Part shown: piece after piece, positions 47,930-57,212 of the stretch | How the letters are laid out: every line of letters begins with the position of its first letter | Numbering within the stretch: position 1 is the stretch's first letter | From: Candidatus Dormiibacterota bacterium | GTDB taxonomy: Bacteria > Chloroflexota > Dormibacteria > Aeolococcales > Aeolococcaceae | Assembly (NCBI GenBank): GCA_963709585.1 | Contig: CAVPXI010000008.1 | Location: forward strand, 20,258-84,257 | Reading direction: 5' to 3' | Length of the DNA: 64,000 nucleotides | Translations under genes and position numbers: made by a program | Notes under the pieces: model-generated | What the model was told of the DNA's origin: nothing | The model's input: only the letters and a program-made list of their open reading frames with translations | Database searches by the model: none

Positions 47930-48911
47930 CCCGGTCAGCGCCCAGATGTGAAGTGGACTCGCGCTCTGCGCCCGCGAGCCGACCACAACGAGTTGGCGGC
48001 GATCAAGGTCAGCAATCTCGATCGCCGGTGTGACTGGAGAGGGCGCCACCTCGAGTGATGCCCAGGCCGTACCGGTCCACATCCACAACTTCGGCTCAGA
48101 CGTGAACACACCGTTACAGCTGCACAGTACGAGTCGACCGAGCGCAGGATCGAGCGCCAGACTCGATCCGACCGCCGGGGGGTTGGGAGCGAGCACGATT
48201 TGACGCCAAACGCCCTTGTCCAGGCGCCATGTCGTGTCCACCGTGCCGCCGTCGGACGATGGTGCTTGACAGCATCCGACCGCCAGGAGCGATCGAGTCA
48301 CCGGGTCGAATGCCATACCACTGACGAAGGCTGCGTTCGGAAAGTAGCTGCTCATCTGGTTGACCCATCGAGACCCACGCCAGATCCAGTTGCCGGCTCC
48401 CCCTTCACTGGCGGCGGTGACGAGCACCATCTCCTTCTTGGCTTCGTCCCAGGCCATCGCAGAACCTTCCCCGGGCGGCGGACCGCCGGAGCCGCCGGCG
48501 AGCTTGCGCCACGTGATCCCGTTCCACGCCCACGTGTCGTTGGCTGCATCGCCTGAACTCGAGCCGTCCACCGAAGAGCAACACCTGCGCGGTCTGAGGA
48601 TCAAAGGCGGCAGACGCACCGACCCGACCCAGCGGGCTCGCCGAGGGGTGGGTGAGCAGCCACCTCGTGCCGTTCCAGAGCCAGGTGTTGTCGTAGTTGT
48701 CCACGCCACCAAAGAGGACGACCGCGTGCATGGGCGGATCGTCCACCGCTGAAAACCCGAGGGCGGTCAGCGGTTGCGCTGGGGCTGCGGTCGGGGTCAC
48801 TCCGGGAACAGTCGGCGGCGCCGTGGGGCGCTGAGCCAGCGAGAGAGCGCCGCCTGCAATCGCTGTGACGGCAATCACACTCGCGAGCACAAGCGCGGAC
48901 CGATGCTGCAA
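47897..48911 (-). CDS. secreted Kelch-repeat (beta-propeller) protein; frame disruption as sequenced near 48561-48575
   Basis: Signal peptide (ALVLASVIAVTAIAGGALSLA) and repeated LFGG...DTWxWNGxxW units. The repeats continue across two track ORFs (48405-48911 and 47897-48712) in different frames. Confidence 0.65.
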
Positions 48912-49072
48912 TCGTCACCTCCGCCAGACTGGCTCTCTGAGTTTGGCGGACCGAATTGTCCTATTTACTCATGGAGCCGAACGTGCTTCAGAGCCTTGCT
49001 AGAGCCACACCCGCCGGTCGGTAGCGCTGCCCGACGGTACCCGAAAACCGCCTTCGGCCGTCTATAGGATGC

Positions 49073-49578
49073 ATGCCTCATCCGAACCGCATCAGCTCCG
49101 ACGGCAAGGGAGCGCGCGAGGTCAGCGAGTTCTTTGATCGGTATGCACGCGAGTTAGCCGCTGCGGTGGCGCTTGCGACCGGCGACATTGCCGCAGCCGA
49201 AGACGCCATCCAGGAAGCGATCGCCAGCGCATATTCTGATTGGGATCGGGTGTCCCGAATGGGCCGCCCAGGCATCTGGGTCCTTCGCGTGGCGCAGCGC
49301 AAGGCGATCGACGGATGGCGCAAGCGGCACCGAGAGTACGCCCTTGACGACGAATCCACACGCGCTTCCGTGCCCGACGTTGTGCAGCGTCTCTGGGTCA
49401 GGTGGGGCCTCGAACGTCTGACACCGGAGGACCGAATGCTGGTCATCCTCCGGCACCGCGACAGCCTGAGCGTCGACGAGATTGCCGTCGCCGTGGGAAA
49501 CCAACGAATACGGTGGCGGTTGCGCTGAAGAGGGCTCGCCGACGCTTGCGCAATTTGCTAAGGGAGGCCGATCAGTGA
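49073..49578 (+). CDS. ECF-type RNA polymerase sigma factor; frame disruption as sequenced at 49495-49500
   Basis: Region 2 (AEDAIQEAIASAYSDWDRV...WVLRVAQRKAIDGWRKR) is in one frame. Region 4 HTH (LSVDEIAVAVG|KPTNTVAVALKRARRRLRNLL) continues in the -1 frame to TGA 49576-49578. One extra G or A in GGGAAA restores it. Confidence 0.75.
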
Positions 49579-50444
49579 ATCGCATGGAACAGGACCTTCA
49601 CGACCTCGGAGCCATTCTCTGGCCGGACGGCGTATCCCTCCGGCCGAAGTTGCGAGGTACGAAGGAAGGATCATCGCCAGCACCGTCCCGCTTCATTGTG
49701 GCCGCCATCGGGACAGCAACCCTCCTCGTCGTTTTCGGCATCATTGGGCTGGGTCTCGTGGTCCTGCACAGACAAACGCCGCCTTCAAGTGTCGCGTCAG
49801 TGCCGCCAGTCGCGACGGCATCGGCGGGGCCTACCGTAACTCGCGTCGAAATGTCGGTTCCGGGGAATCCGCTTACATTTGAGGTCGCCAACGGCACGAT
49901 CATCGCGATGCACCTCCACAGCACGACAAACGCGCCTGGGAGCACGTGGGCGGTGGGCACGACGGGGCCCGGGGTCGACTTCCAGCCTGTCAAAGTTACT
50001 TACCCGGGAACACATCCGGCGTCATCGGCCGTCGACTTCTATGTCGCGTTCCGCATTCCCGACATAGGAGTGACACACATCGACATCGGGATTCCGGTCA
50101 CCTGCCCGAAGGCGTTGTCCTGCCCTGACCTGTTTCAGACGTTCAATATTCGTTCGGTCGCCCCGCCGATGCACACGGGAACGGTGACTGGAGAACTCAC
50201 GCTGGAATGCATGCCAGCCAACTGTGTCGCACCAGCCAGGAATGCGTTGATCAGCTTCCGGAATACGCTGGGTCAAACCATCAGCACCAAGACCGATGCT
50301 GCGGGCGACTACTTCGCGGAGTTGCCCCCGGGGATCTGGCAACTGGGAACACCGCTAGCGCCCACGCCCGGTTCAACGATCCGGTTCACGATCAGGGCAG
50401 CGGGCGACATCGTAATCGAGGACGTCCAACTCCCCCGGCTGTGA
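49575..50444 (+). CDS. single-pass membrane protein downstream of the ECF sigma (putative anti-sigma / sensor) with extracytoplasmic Ig-like and carboxypeptidase-regulatory-like region
   Basis: GTG 49575 overlaps the sigma stop (GTGA) and is preceded by AGGGAGG. One TM helix (FIVAAIGTATLLVVFGIIGLGLVVL). C-terminal ...GTVTGELT...TDAAGDYFAELPPGIW. The anti-sigma role is inferred from position only. Confidence 0.55.
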   Translation: MNRMEQDLHDLGAILWPDGVSLRPKLRGTKEGSSPAPSRFIVAAIGTATLLVVFGIIGLGLVVLHRQTPPSSVASVPPVATASAGPTVTRVEMSVPGNPLTFEVANGTIIAMHLHSTTNAPGSTWAVGTTGPGVDFQPVKVTYPGTHPASSAVDFYVAFRIPDIGVTHIDIGIPVTCPKALSCPDLFQTFNIRSVAPPMHTGTVTGELTLECMPANCVAPARNALISFRNTLGQTISTKTDAAGDYFAELPPGIWQLGTPLAPTPGSTIRFTIRAAGDIVIEDVQLPRL

Positions 50445-50754
50445 TAAGCCCCGTGCTCGCCAGATCCGCGCGTTGGTCCTCTGCCAAAGCCGCAGCCGGT
50501 GGCGTTCGCGCAGCCTGCCACGAAGGCAACATGACCACGGCCGCCTTGTTGGCTGGAAGGAATGAGCATTCTCGGAAGCATCAGGGGTCAGACGGGTACC
50601 CCGCTATCGAGACGGGAGTGCACCGATCGCCCTCCTGGGTGAGGCGGGCCTTTCCTGGCGCAGAGCAGCAGGGCACAAGATTTCGTTACATCGGGGCGCA
50701 CATGCGTCAAACCGGCAGCACCAATGGCCGCGCTGTTGCTCGTAGCGTATTCCC

Positions 50755-51801
50755 ATGCGGGTTTCGAACCGATGGCCGGCGCTCGACGGCTTGCGGGCGG
50801 TCGCGGTCTGTGCGGTCATACTCACACACACGTGGGTCTCGCAATTCCCGGGAGGCTGGATCGGGGTCGATGTCTTCTTCGTGCTCTCCGGCTTTCTCAT
50901 AACCGGTGTGCTCCTTCGCGAGGACGGAGAGACGGGGACCATCTCGCTTCTTCGTTTCTATCGGCGACGCGCAGTACGACTGCTCCCCGCCGTTTTGGTC
51001 ATGCTGCCGATCGTCGTCGTTGCGGCATACGTATTTCGCCCAGGTCTCGCGTCAGCAACCCTGCGCATGGCCATCTTCACTGTGGTGTACAGCGCCAACT
51101 GGTTTGCTGCCTCTCACCAGCCCACGGGGCTCCTGAGCCACACGTGGTCGCTCTCCGTGGAGGAGCAGTTTTATCTGGTCTGGCCCGTGCTTTTGATATT
51201 GATGCTCCGCTGGCGCAGCGCTCGTCTCGCGCTGGTCTTGACCATTGTCTGCATCGTCGCCGTGGTCATCCATCGAACGATGGCCGCGCAGGCCGTGAAC
51301 CCACACGACGCGCAGCTCTTTTGGCGCACCGACACTCGGGTGGATTCGATTTTGGTTGGGTGCGCACTCTGCTTGGCATCGTCGCTTGGCTACAAGGGAT
51401 CCGAACGGTTGTGGCGCACCGCCGCTCTGATTGGCGCGGCGTACATGGCCGCGCTCCTTCCGACCGCGTACAACACCGGAGGCTGGAATTACACCGTCGG
51501 TTATACGGTACTCGCGTTGGCCGCAGCAAGCGTCGTCGGAGCGGTGGCCGTGCATCCCTGGCCACCACTTGTACGCGTGCTCTCGTGGACTCCACTTGTG
51601 CGGATAGGCAAGATATCGTACGCCGTCTATCTCTGGCACTTCCCGATCGCGGTTTTGCTGCCTCTCGGTCAGGGCCCGGTGCTGGCGCTGGCGACCTTCG
51701 CGCTGAGCGTCCTGGTTGCCGAAGTGTCGTGGCGAGTTGTGGAGCGCCCCGCACAGCGATGGCGCTCTCCACGCAACGCGCTCCGACCCGTGGCGGCGTG
51801 A
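50755..51801 (+). CDS. acyltransferase family 3 (integral membrane O-acyltransferase)
   Basis: ALDGLRAVAVCAVILTHT...GGWIGVDVFFVLSGFLITGVLL and HTWSLSVEEQFYLVWP signature; about 10 TM helices. Confidence 0.88.
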   Translation: MRVSNRWPALDGLRAVAVCAVILTHTWVSQFPGGWIGVDVFFVLSGFLITGVLLREDGETGTISLLRFYRRRAVRLLPAVLVMLPIVVVAAYVFRPGLASATLRMAIFTVVYSANWFAASHQPTGLLSHTWSLSVEEQFYLVWPVLLILMLRWRSARLALVLTIVCIVAVVIHRTMAAQAVNPHDAQLFWRTDTRVDSILVGCALCLASSLGYKGSERLWRTAALIGAAYMAALLPTAYNTGGWNYTVGYTVLALAAASVVGAVAVHPWPPLVRVLSWTPLVRIGKISYAVYLWHFPIAVLLPLGQGPVLALATFALSVLVAEVSWRVVERPAQRWRSPRNALRPVAA

Positions 51802-51938
51802 GTTGATGGCGTACAGGCTAACGTTGCATCGCTGTCACAGCCCAACCTCGGAACAGCGAGCAGAGTACACGCGTGATCTACGTTGGAGCCGAGTTCGGAT
51901 GCCCGGGGTGATCGAAGTCGTTCAACTATGGACGGCGC

Positions 51939-52574
51939 TTGCTCTCCGAGCGGGGATCCGCTTCGACCGTACTCAGGGCTCCCGCGTTGGCTGATACCGC
52001 CGCAGTCCACCCGACCGCCGACGTCGAGAACGGCGCGCGTGTGGGCAAGCGGACCCGCATCTGGGCACGATCACATCTCCGTCGCGGCGCCTCCGTCGGT
52101 GACGATTGCATCATCGGCGAAAACGTGCTGATCGATCTCGATGTGCAGGTGGGCAGTCGCTGCAAGATACAGAACAACGCGCTCTTGTACCACGGAGCCG
52201 TGCTCGGCGATGAGGTATTCGTGGGTCCGGGCGCGTGCCTAACCAACGACCGCTACCCTCGAGCATCGACGTCTGATGGATCGCTCAAGGCCGACACCGA
52301 CTGGGTGGTCTCGGGTGTGGTGGTGGAGCGAGGGGCCACGATTGGAGCGCATGCGGTGGTGGTCGGCGGAGTCCACATCGGCGGCTGGTCGATGATTGGT
52401 TCCGGTGCCGTGGTCACGCACGACGTACCTGCCCACGGAATCGTGGTTGGAAACCCGGCTCGCCGGATCGGCTGGGCCTGCCGGTGCGGCCATCCTCTCG
52501 ACGCAATGCTTATCTGTGCCGAATGCAGTCGTATCCACGCACTTCGCGATGGTGAGCTCGTCGAGCTGAGCTAG
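51939..52574 (+). CDS. hexapeptide-repeat (left-handed beta-helix) acetyltransferase with C-terminal Cys4 ribbon
   Basis: Repeating [LIV]G-x4 units (VGKRTRIWARSHL, VGDDCIIGENVLI, VGSRCKIQNNALL, IGAHAVVVGGVHIG). Terminal CRCG...CAEC. The start is likely downstream of 51939. Confidence 0.8.
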   Translation: MLSERGSASTVLRAPALADTAAVHPTADVENGARVGKRTRIWARSHLRRGASVGDDCIIGENVLIDLDVQVGSRCKIQNNALLYHGAVLGDEVFVGPGACLTNDRYPRASTSDGSLKADTDWVVSGVVVERGATIGAHAVVVGGVHIGGWSMIGSGAVVTHDVPAHGIVVGNPARRIGWACRCGHPLDAMLICAECSRIHALRDGELVELS

Positions 52575-54035
52575 ATCCCATAAGTTGTTGTCAAGCTAAT
52601 CCGGCGCTGCCATGCGCCGGATCGAAGTCCTTGTCGCCGCGCCACACGCCCCAGACGATGGCGAGCGCCTTGCTCATGCAGTGACCAAGGGAGTTCATCG
52701 CTGACTTGCCCGCGGCCCGCTTGCGAGCGTAGTGGGCGCGGATGATCGGGTTGTGTTGCACGCCGACCACCGCCATCCGGTACGCCGCCGCACGCAGATA
52801 CGAGTTGCCGGTCTTGGCCATGGTCCAGCTCGTCTCGGGGTTCGCACCCTTCTTCCCTGAACTCTGCTCCTTGGGATGCACGCCTGCGTAGGCGAGCAAC
52901 TGGTCGACATCGCTGAAGCGCCAGATGTCGCCGATCTCGGCCATGAGTGTGGCCGCGGTGGACGGCCCGACACCGGGAATCGAGAGCAGCCGCTGCGACA
53001 CCTCGCCGTCGAGCAGGGAGGCGACCCGGGTGTCCGCGCTGGCGATCTGCTGGTCGAGCAGGTCGTGCTGCGCAATCAGGAGGCGCATCGCGAACCCGAC
53101 CTGCTGCGCGAGTTCCGGCGCAGCCACCGAGGTCTGAGCCAGCTGCTTGAGCTGGCCGGCCTTGAGCGGTCCGATCGCACGGCCACCACCGCCCGGACAC
53201 TTGAGCCGAGCCAGGCGGTCCTGGTGCATGCGCGCCACGGCCGCGGCGGTCGGCGCGTGGCGGAGCACCGCCAGGGCGCTCACGCAGGTCGGGTCGTCCC
53301 AGACCTCGCGCAGCTCAGGAAAGCCGATGTCCACCAACCGCTGGATGCGCTGGCAGACCTGGGCCTGCTCACGCACCAAACGCATCGCGAACCGCGCCGC
53401 CTCCTTGAGCTCGGCCCCCACCAGGGGCTCGCTGATCCGCGGCTGGTCGTGCGTTCCCAACGCCGCCAGTGTGCGCGCGTCGGCCGGGTCGCTCTTGCTC
53501 CGCTGCAGCCGGCTCTTGGCGAAGTACTTGGCCTGCAACGGGTTCACCACCGCCACCGGATACCCCTGGCGACGCAGGTGGCTGGCCAGGTTGAACCAGT
53601 AGTGGCCGCTCGATTCCATCACCACCACCTCGATCGGCGCTTCCTGCTTCGTCATCCACGCGTCCAGTTCGCCGAAGCCCTTGCGCTTGGTGGTGATGGT
53701 GAGCACCTTCCGATCCGCCTCGCGCTCACCCTGGCGACACACCGCCGCCGCGCACTTGTATGCCCCCACGTCGATCCCCACCGCCAGGCTCATACGCACC
53801 TCCTGTGTCGGGTTGCGACCCCAGGGGTCCTCGCCTTGCTTCGTCGCCGCGTGGGCTGATGCTCCATCACCGGTCACCGCCGTCGGATCCCAATCACCGC
53901 TCGAAGACGAAGCACGAGGGCCGGTCACTAGCTCCATCGGTCCCGTCGCCGGATAGCTATGCGCCGGTCTCCCCGTCGAGGTCAGATTCCCCGCGATTCT
54001 GACCCTGCCAGGAGATATATCAGCTATAAGCGGTC
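52575..54035 (-). mobile_element. IS110-family insertion sequence (ends approximate)
   Basis: The transposase gene has only about 16 nt to the neighbouring gene on its 3' side and a non-coding leader of about 240 nt on its 5' side. No terminal inverted repeats were seen, as expected for IS110. The boundaries are guesses. Confidence 0.55.
52591..53793 (-). CDS. IS110-family transposase (DEDD/RuvC-like recombinase)
   Basis: ATG 53793 preceded by AGGAGG. N-terminal LAVGIDVGAYK...VVMESSGHYW and C-terminal LLSIPGVGPSTAATLMAEIGDIWRFSDVDQLLAYAGVHPKEQSSGK (Transposase_20 region). Confidence 0.9.
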   Translation of the reverse strand: MSLAVGIDVGAYKCAAAVCRQGEREADRKVLTITTKRKGFGELDAWMTKQEAPIEVVVMESSGHYWFNLASHLRRQGYPVAVVNPLQAKYFAKSRLQRSKSDPADARTLAALGTHDQPRISEPLVGAELKEAARFAMRLVREQAQVCQRIQRLVDIGFPELREVWDDPTCVSALAVLRHAPTAAAVARMHQDRLARLKCPGGGGRAIGPLKAGQLKQLAQTSVAAPELAQQVGFAMRLLIAQHDLLDQQIASADTRVASLLDGEVSQRLLSIPGVGPSTAATLMAEIGDIWRFSDVDQLLAYAGVHPKEQSSGKKGANPETSWTMAKTGNSYLRAAAYRMAVVGVQHNPIIRAHYARKRAAGKSAMNSLGHCMSKALAIVWGVWRGDKDFDPAHGSAGLA

Positions 54036-54137
54036 GCGGGACCTACTCACGAGAGGGCTGCCGGCGACATCCTCCGTAGGGCCGACCTCGAGGATGGAGT
54101 TGAGCGCAAGCGGATGGAATTCGCTGGGGCGGCCCGA

Positions 54138-54596
54138 TCAGCCGCAGATGAACACGACAGCCGCACCCGTCTCCAAGCCACCGTACCCCTTGGCTGAGGT
54201 CGCCATGAAGGTCCAGGTATCCCCGCAATTGTTTGTGACGATGGTCACCTTCACGGACCTGCCGGGTGCGAGCGTGCCGTTGGCGGGAGTTACTGTGGAC
54301 TGAGTTCCGCCCTCAGGAACGATGAATTGTGGGAACCAATTCAAAGCGGCGCTAGAGCTACTTGGGTTGCTCAGGGTCACGTGGCACGTCGCTGTGAAGA
54401 TGGGTGTGCCCGGGGATTGGGTGCAGTTGGCGGGAGGGATGACGTCAAACTGGAGCCCGACCGCGCGCGGACTAACCTCCAATCGTGGGGCCGTTGAGGC
54501 GGTCACGGTTCCGCCTGCCTCGGCCAGCATCATGCCGATTGCCAGTAACGGCAGCACCCACAGGACGCGCCTGATTTGCTTCCTGACCATGGTCAT
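54138..54596 (-). CDS. secreted hypothetical protein
   Basis: Internal ATG at 54596: MTMVRKQIRRVLWVLPLLAIGMMLAEAGG (signal peptide) followed by a beta-rich, Cys-containing region of about 120 aa. Confidence 0.5.
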   Translation of the reverse strand: MTMVRKQIRRVLWVLPLLAIGMMLAEAGGTVTASTAPRLEVSPRAVGLQFDVIPPANCTQSPGTPIFTATCHVTLSNPSSSSAALNWFPQFIVPEGGTQSTVTPANGTLAPGRSVKVTIVTNNCGDTWTFMATSAKGYGGLETGAAVVFICG

Positions 54597-54684
54597 CGGC
54601 TCTGCTGCCGCCGCCGAAGGCTTGACTTTGCGTGGCAAAGTGAGGTAGCTTTGTGGTGCAAAGTCACCCAAGGAGATCCCAACC

Positions 54685-55359
54685 ATGGATAACACCCGTG
54701 ATCTGGAGCAGGCCGCGACCGCCGACAACGGCGGTGCGCTCGACCCGCGCGAAGCAGCGCGGCTGCTGGAGCAGACCAACCGAGAGGCCCGGCGTCAATT
54801 CTCCATGAACCCGCCGCTGGCGACCGCGCTGATGGGGGTGCTGATCCTTTTCGCCTACGGCGCTCTGTGGCTCTCGGTGCTCGGACAGCAACCCTACGCC
54901 GGACCGAACCTCGGCGTGATCGCGCTGGTGTACGTGACGGTCGCCGTCGCGGCCGCCGTGACCGTGAGGATCCACCACCGCGCAACCGCCGGCGTCAGTG
55001 GACCCTCCACGAGACAGCGCACGGTCGAGGGGATTGCGGTCCTCGTGTCCATCGTCGGCGGCAGCCCCGTGATTCAGGGCGCGATGAAGGAGTACGGCGC
55101 CAGCGCTGCCATCGTCTACGGAGTGATCCCGGCCGCGGCGCCGCTGATCATCATCGGCACGACCCTCGTGGGCATTGCCGCTAGCAAGTCCGACTGGCCG
55201 ATGTTCGGCACCGCTCTCGCGGTCGTGACCGGGGGGATCGTCGCCGCGTTCGTGGGGCCGATCGATGCGTGGCTGGTCGCCGGGATCAGCCTGTTCATCG
55301 CGGTGGTCGGCTACGCCGCTGCCACCACCTCGCAGGGCCGCGCAGCCGGCCGCGTATGA
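54685..55359 (+). CDS. hypothetical membrane protein (4-5 TM)
   Basis: Hydrophobic helices after a polar N-terminus. Its stop overlaps the start of the following HTH gene (ATGA at 55356-55359). Confidence 0.6.
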   Translation: MDNTRDLEQAATADNGGALDPREAARLLEQTNREARRQFSMNPPLATALMGVLILFAYGALWLSVLGQQPYAGPNLGVIALVYVTVAVAAAVTVRIHHRATAGVSGPSTRQRTVEGIAVLVSIVGGSPVIQGAMKEYGASAAIVYGVIPAAAPLIIIGTTLVGIAASKSDWPMFGTALAVVTGGIVAAFVGPIDAWLVAGISLFIAVVGYAAATTSQGRAAGRV

Positions 55360-55652
55360 CAGAGGAAGCGCTGGACCCGCTGATCCATGCGCCGGCCCGT
55401 CTGCGGATCGTCGCGACGCTGGCCGCGCTGCCCGAGGGCGACGCGCTCTCATTCACCAGGCTGCAGGACATGCTCGAGCTGACGCCCGGCAACCTGATCA
55501 CGCACGTGCGAAAGCTCGAGGACGCCGGCTACCTGACGACCGAAAAGACCGGCAACGGGACGGCGTCACGCACCTCGATCGGCCTCACGGCGCGAGGCCG
55601 GGCGGCGCTGGAGGCCTACACGGCCGCCCTGCGGGGCTTGCTAGGCGTCTGA
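55356..55652 (+). CDS. small winged-helix transcriptional regulator
   Basis: MTEEALDPLIHAPARLRIVATLAALPEGDALSFTRLQDMLELTPGNLITHVRKLEDAGYL. A 98-aa wHTH protein, translationally coupled to the membrane protein. Confidence 0.75.
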   Translation: MTEEALDPLIHAPARLRIVATLAALPEGDALSFTRLQDMLELTPGNLITHVRKLEDAGYLTTEKTGNGTASRTSIGLTARGRAALEAYTAALRGLLGV

Positions 55653-55672
55653 ACCGTCCCCGAGTTCGCGCG

Positions 55673-55778
55673 AGCGGGAGACGAGGCTCGAACTCGCGAC
55701 CCCTACCTTGGCAAGGTACGCTTCTCATTCTGTATTCGGGAGGGGCTGAAATTGGCCTCTAAGCCACTACTTACCCCC
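55673..55778 (-). other. tRNA-Gly(GCC)-derived ~106-nt element, copy 1 (no CCA, internal hairpin degenerate)
   Basis: The 3' 45 nt equal a tRNA-Gly 3' half (anticodon loop UUGCCAA, T arm GCGAG-UUCGAGC-CUCGU, acceptor CUCCCGC). Ungapped homology to 62512-62617 runs over the whole length. No canonical D arm. Confidence 0.5.
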
Positions 55779-55988
55779 AGTTTCCACGGGGATCCACGCT
55801 GACCGCACGGGACGCCCCGCTGGCCCTACGGGCGTCCACGCTGAACACAACATCGGGAATACGGGGCCCATCTCGATGTTGCACAGCTGAACCGACTCCG
55901 CGACCCGAAACTCCGACCGGTTGCGGGGTACGCGCCAATCGTTGGCCGGGAACTGGTGGCGCGCCGCCGGCGCCTCCACGCCCTTCCA

Positions 55989-57022
55989 TCATGGTGCCGT
56001 GCCCCAGACCGGGCCTCGGGGGAAGATGTTGGTGAGTGGCGTGGGATGCCAGATCACCACCGGGTGTGAGCCGTCGGCCTGCATGATCACTAGCCCAACG
56101 AAGTGGGTTCCATCCTGAAACTGGAGGAAGGCGATCATCGTGCCATCGGGCGACCAGGCGGGGTCCTCCGCCCAACTGGGGTCAGACTCGTGGGTTAGCG
56201 CTGTCAGCCCGCTCCCATCAGAGTTAACGACGTAGACGTTCCGGTCCGAGGGAGCAGTATCGGAATCGGGTGCACCGAAAAGGAGCTTCGACCCATCCGG
56301 CGACCAGCGCGGTCTCCAAGCGTCTGCTGAGGTCGGCGTCACTTTGCGAAGGCCCATTCCGTCGATCCCAACAATGTAGATCGTTCCATCGCCACCATCA
56401 CTCCCATCCCGAACGAAGGCGAGTTTCGTTCCATCGGGCGAGAAGTCCGGTAGCTGGTCTCCGCCGACAGCCGACGCCGGCGGCGTGGTGATCCGAACAA
56501 TGTGGCTCCCATCGGCGTTCATGAGATAGATCCCAGTCAGATGTCCACTTAGATCGAACCGGTCGAATGCAATGCGCGTGCCATCCGGCGATATCGCAGG
56601 ATCACCGTCATACACATGGATGGGCTCGGATGTGAGTTGCCGGATGGAGCCACCATGTGAGTCCATCCAGAACAGATTGCTCGACGTCGCATTCGCGCTG
56701 GAAGCATTAGGAGGAAAGGTGCTATCGAAGACAATCCGATCACCCGCTGCGGTCCACGCCGGCTCGCCGACACGTCCGGCGGTGACGTTGGTGAGCATGC
56801 GCAGGCCGGTACCATCGGGCTCGATGGTCAGGATATTGCCATCGTCTCCAGTTGGGCCGAACTCCAGGGTGAACGCGATCCGGCCGTGCCCCGGAAGTCC
56901 ACTCGCGGATGAAGGCGTTGTCGCGATCGGGGTGTTCGCATTCGAGGTGCGGATTGGGGCGGCGAGCCGCAGGCAACGAGCGCCAGCAGCGTAGACGCCG
57001 TGAAGGCGGTCATCAGCTTCAT
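55989..57022 (-). CDS. TolB-like beta-propeller lipoprotein; frame disruption as sequenced at the G4 run 56956-56959
   Basis: MKLMTAFTASTLLALVACGS lipobox in one frame. ...PIRTSNANTPIATTPSSASGLPGHGRIAFT...DGTGLRMLTN and PD40-type repeats (PxWSPDGxxIAF) follow in another. Adding one nt to the run joins them. Confidence 0.7.
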
Positions 57023-57212
57023 GTCAGGACCTTCAAACAAGTCGCCGTCGGTGTTGGGTTGATCACGCAACGAGCCCGGCGATCGCGTCGACCCTTCGAA
57101 CCCGTCGACCGCGATCCGCGTTGCCGCCCCTCAACCTCGCCAACCTGGCGAATTCGGGTCTGAATGTCGGCCTCTACGGCTGGCACGGCGACGCTCCCTG
57201 CACACGCATCTC

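Noticed and set aside
48912-49072. ECF-type promoter (GGAAC-like -35, CGTC/GTCT -10) upstream of the sigma factor gene.
   Set aside because: Only weak partial matches (GGTACC ... GTCTA) with off-consensus spacing, and the -10-like element is only about 8 nt from the start codon. Not supportable from sequence alone.
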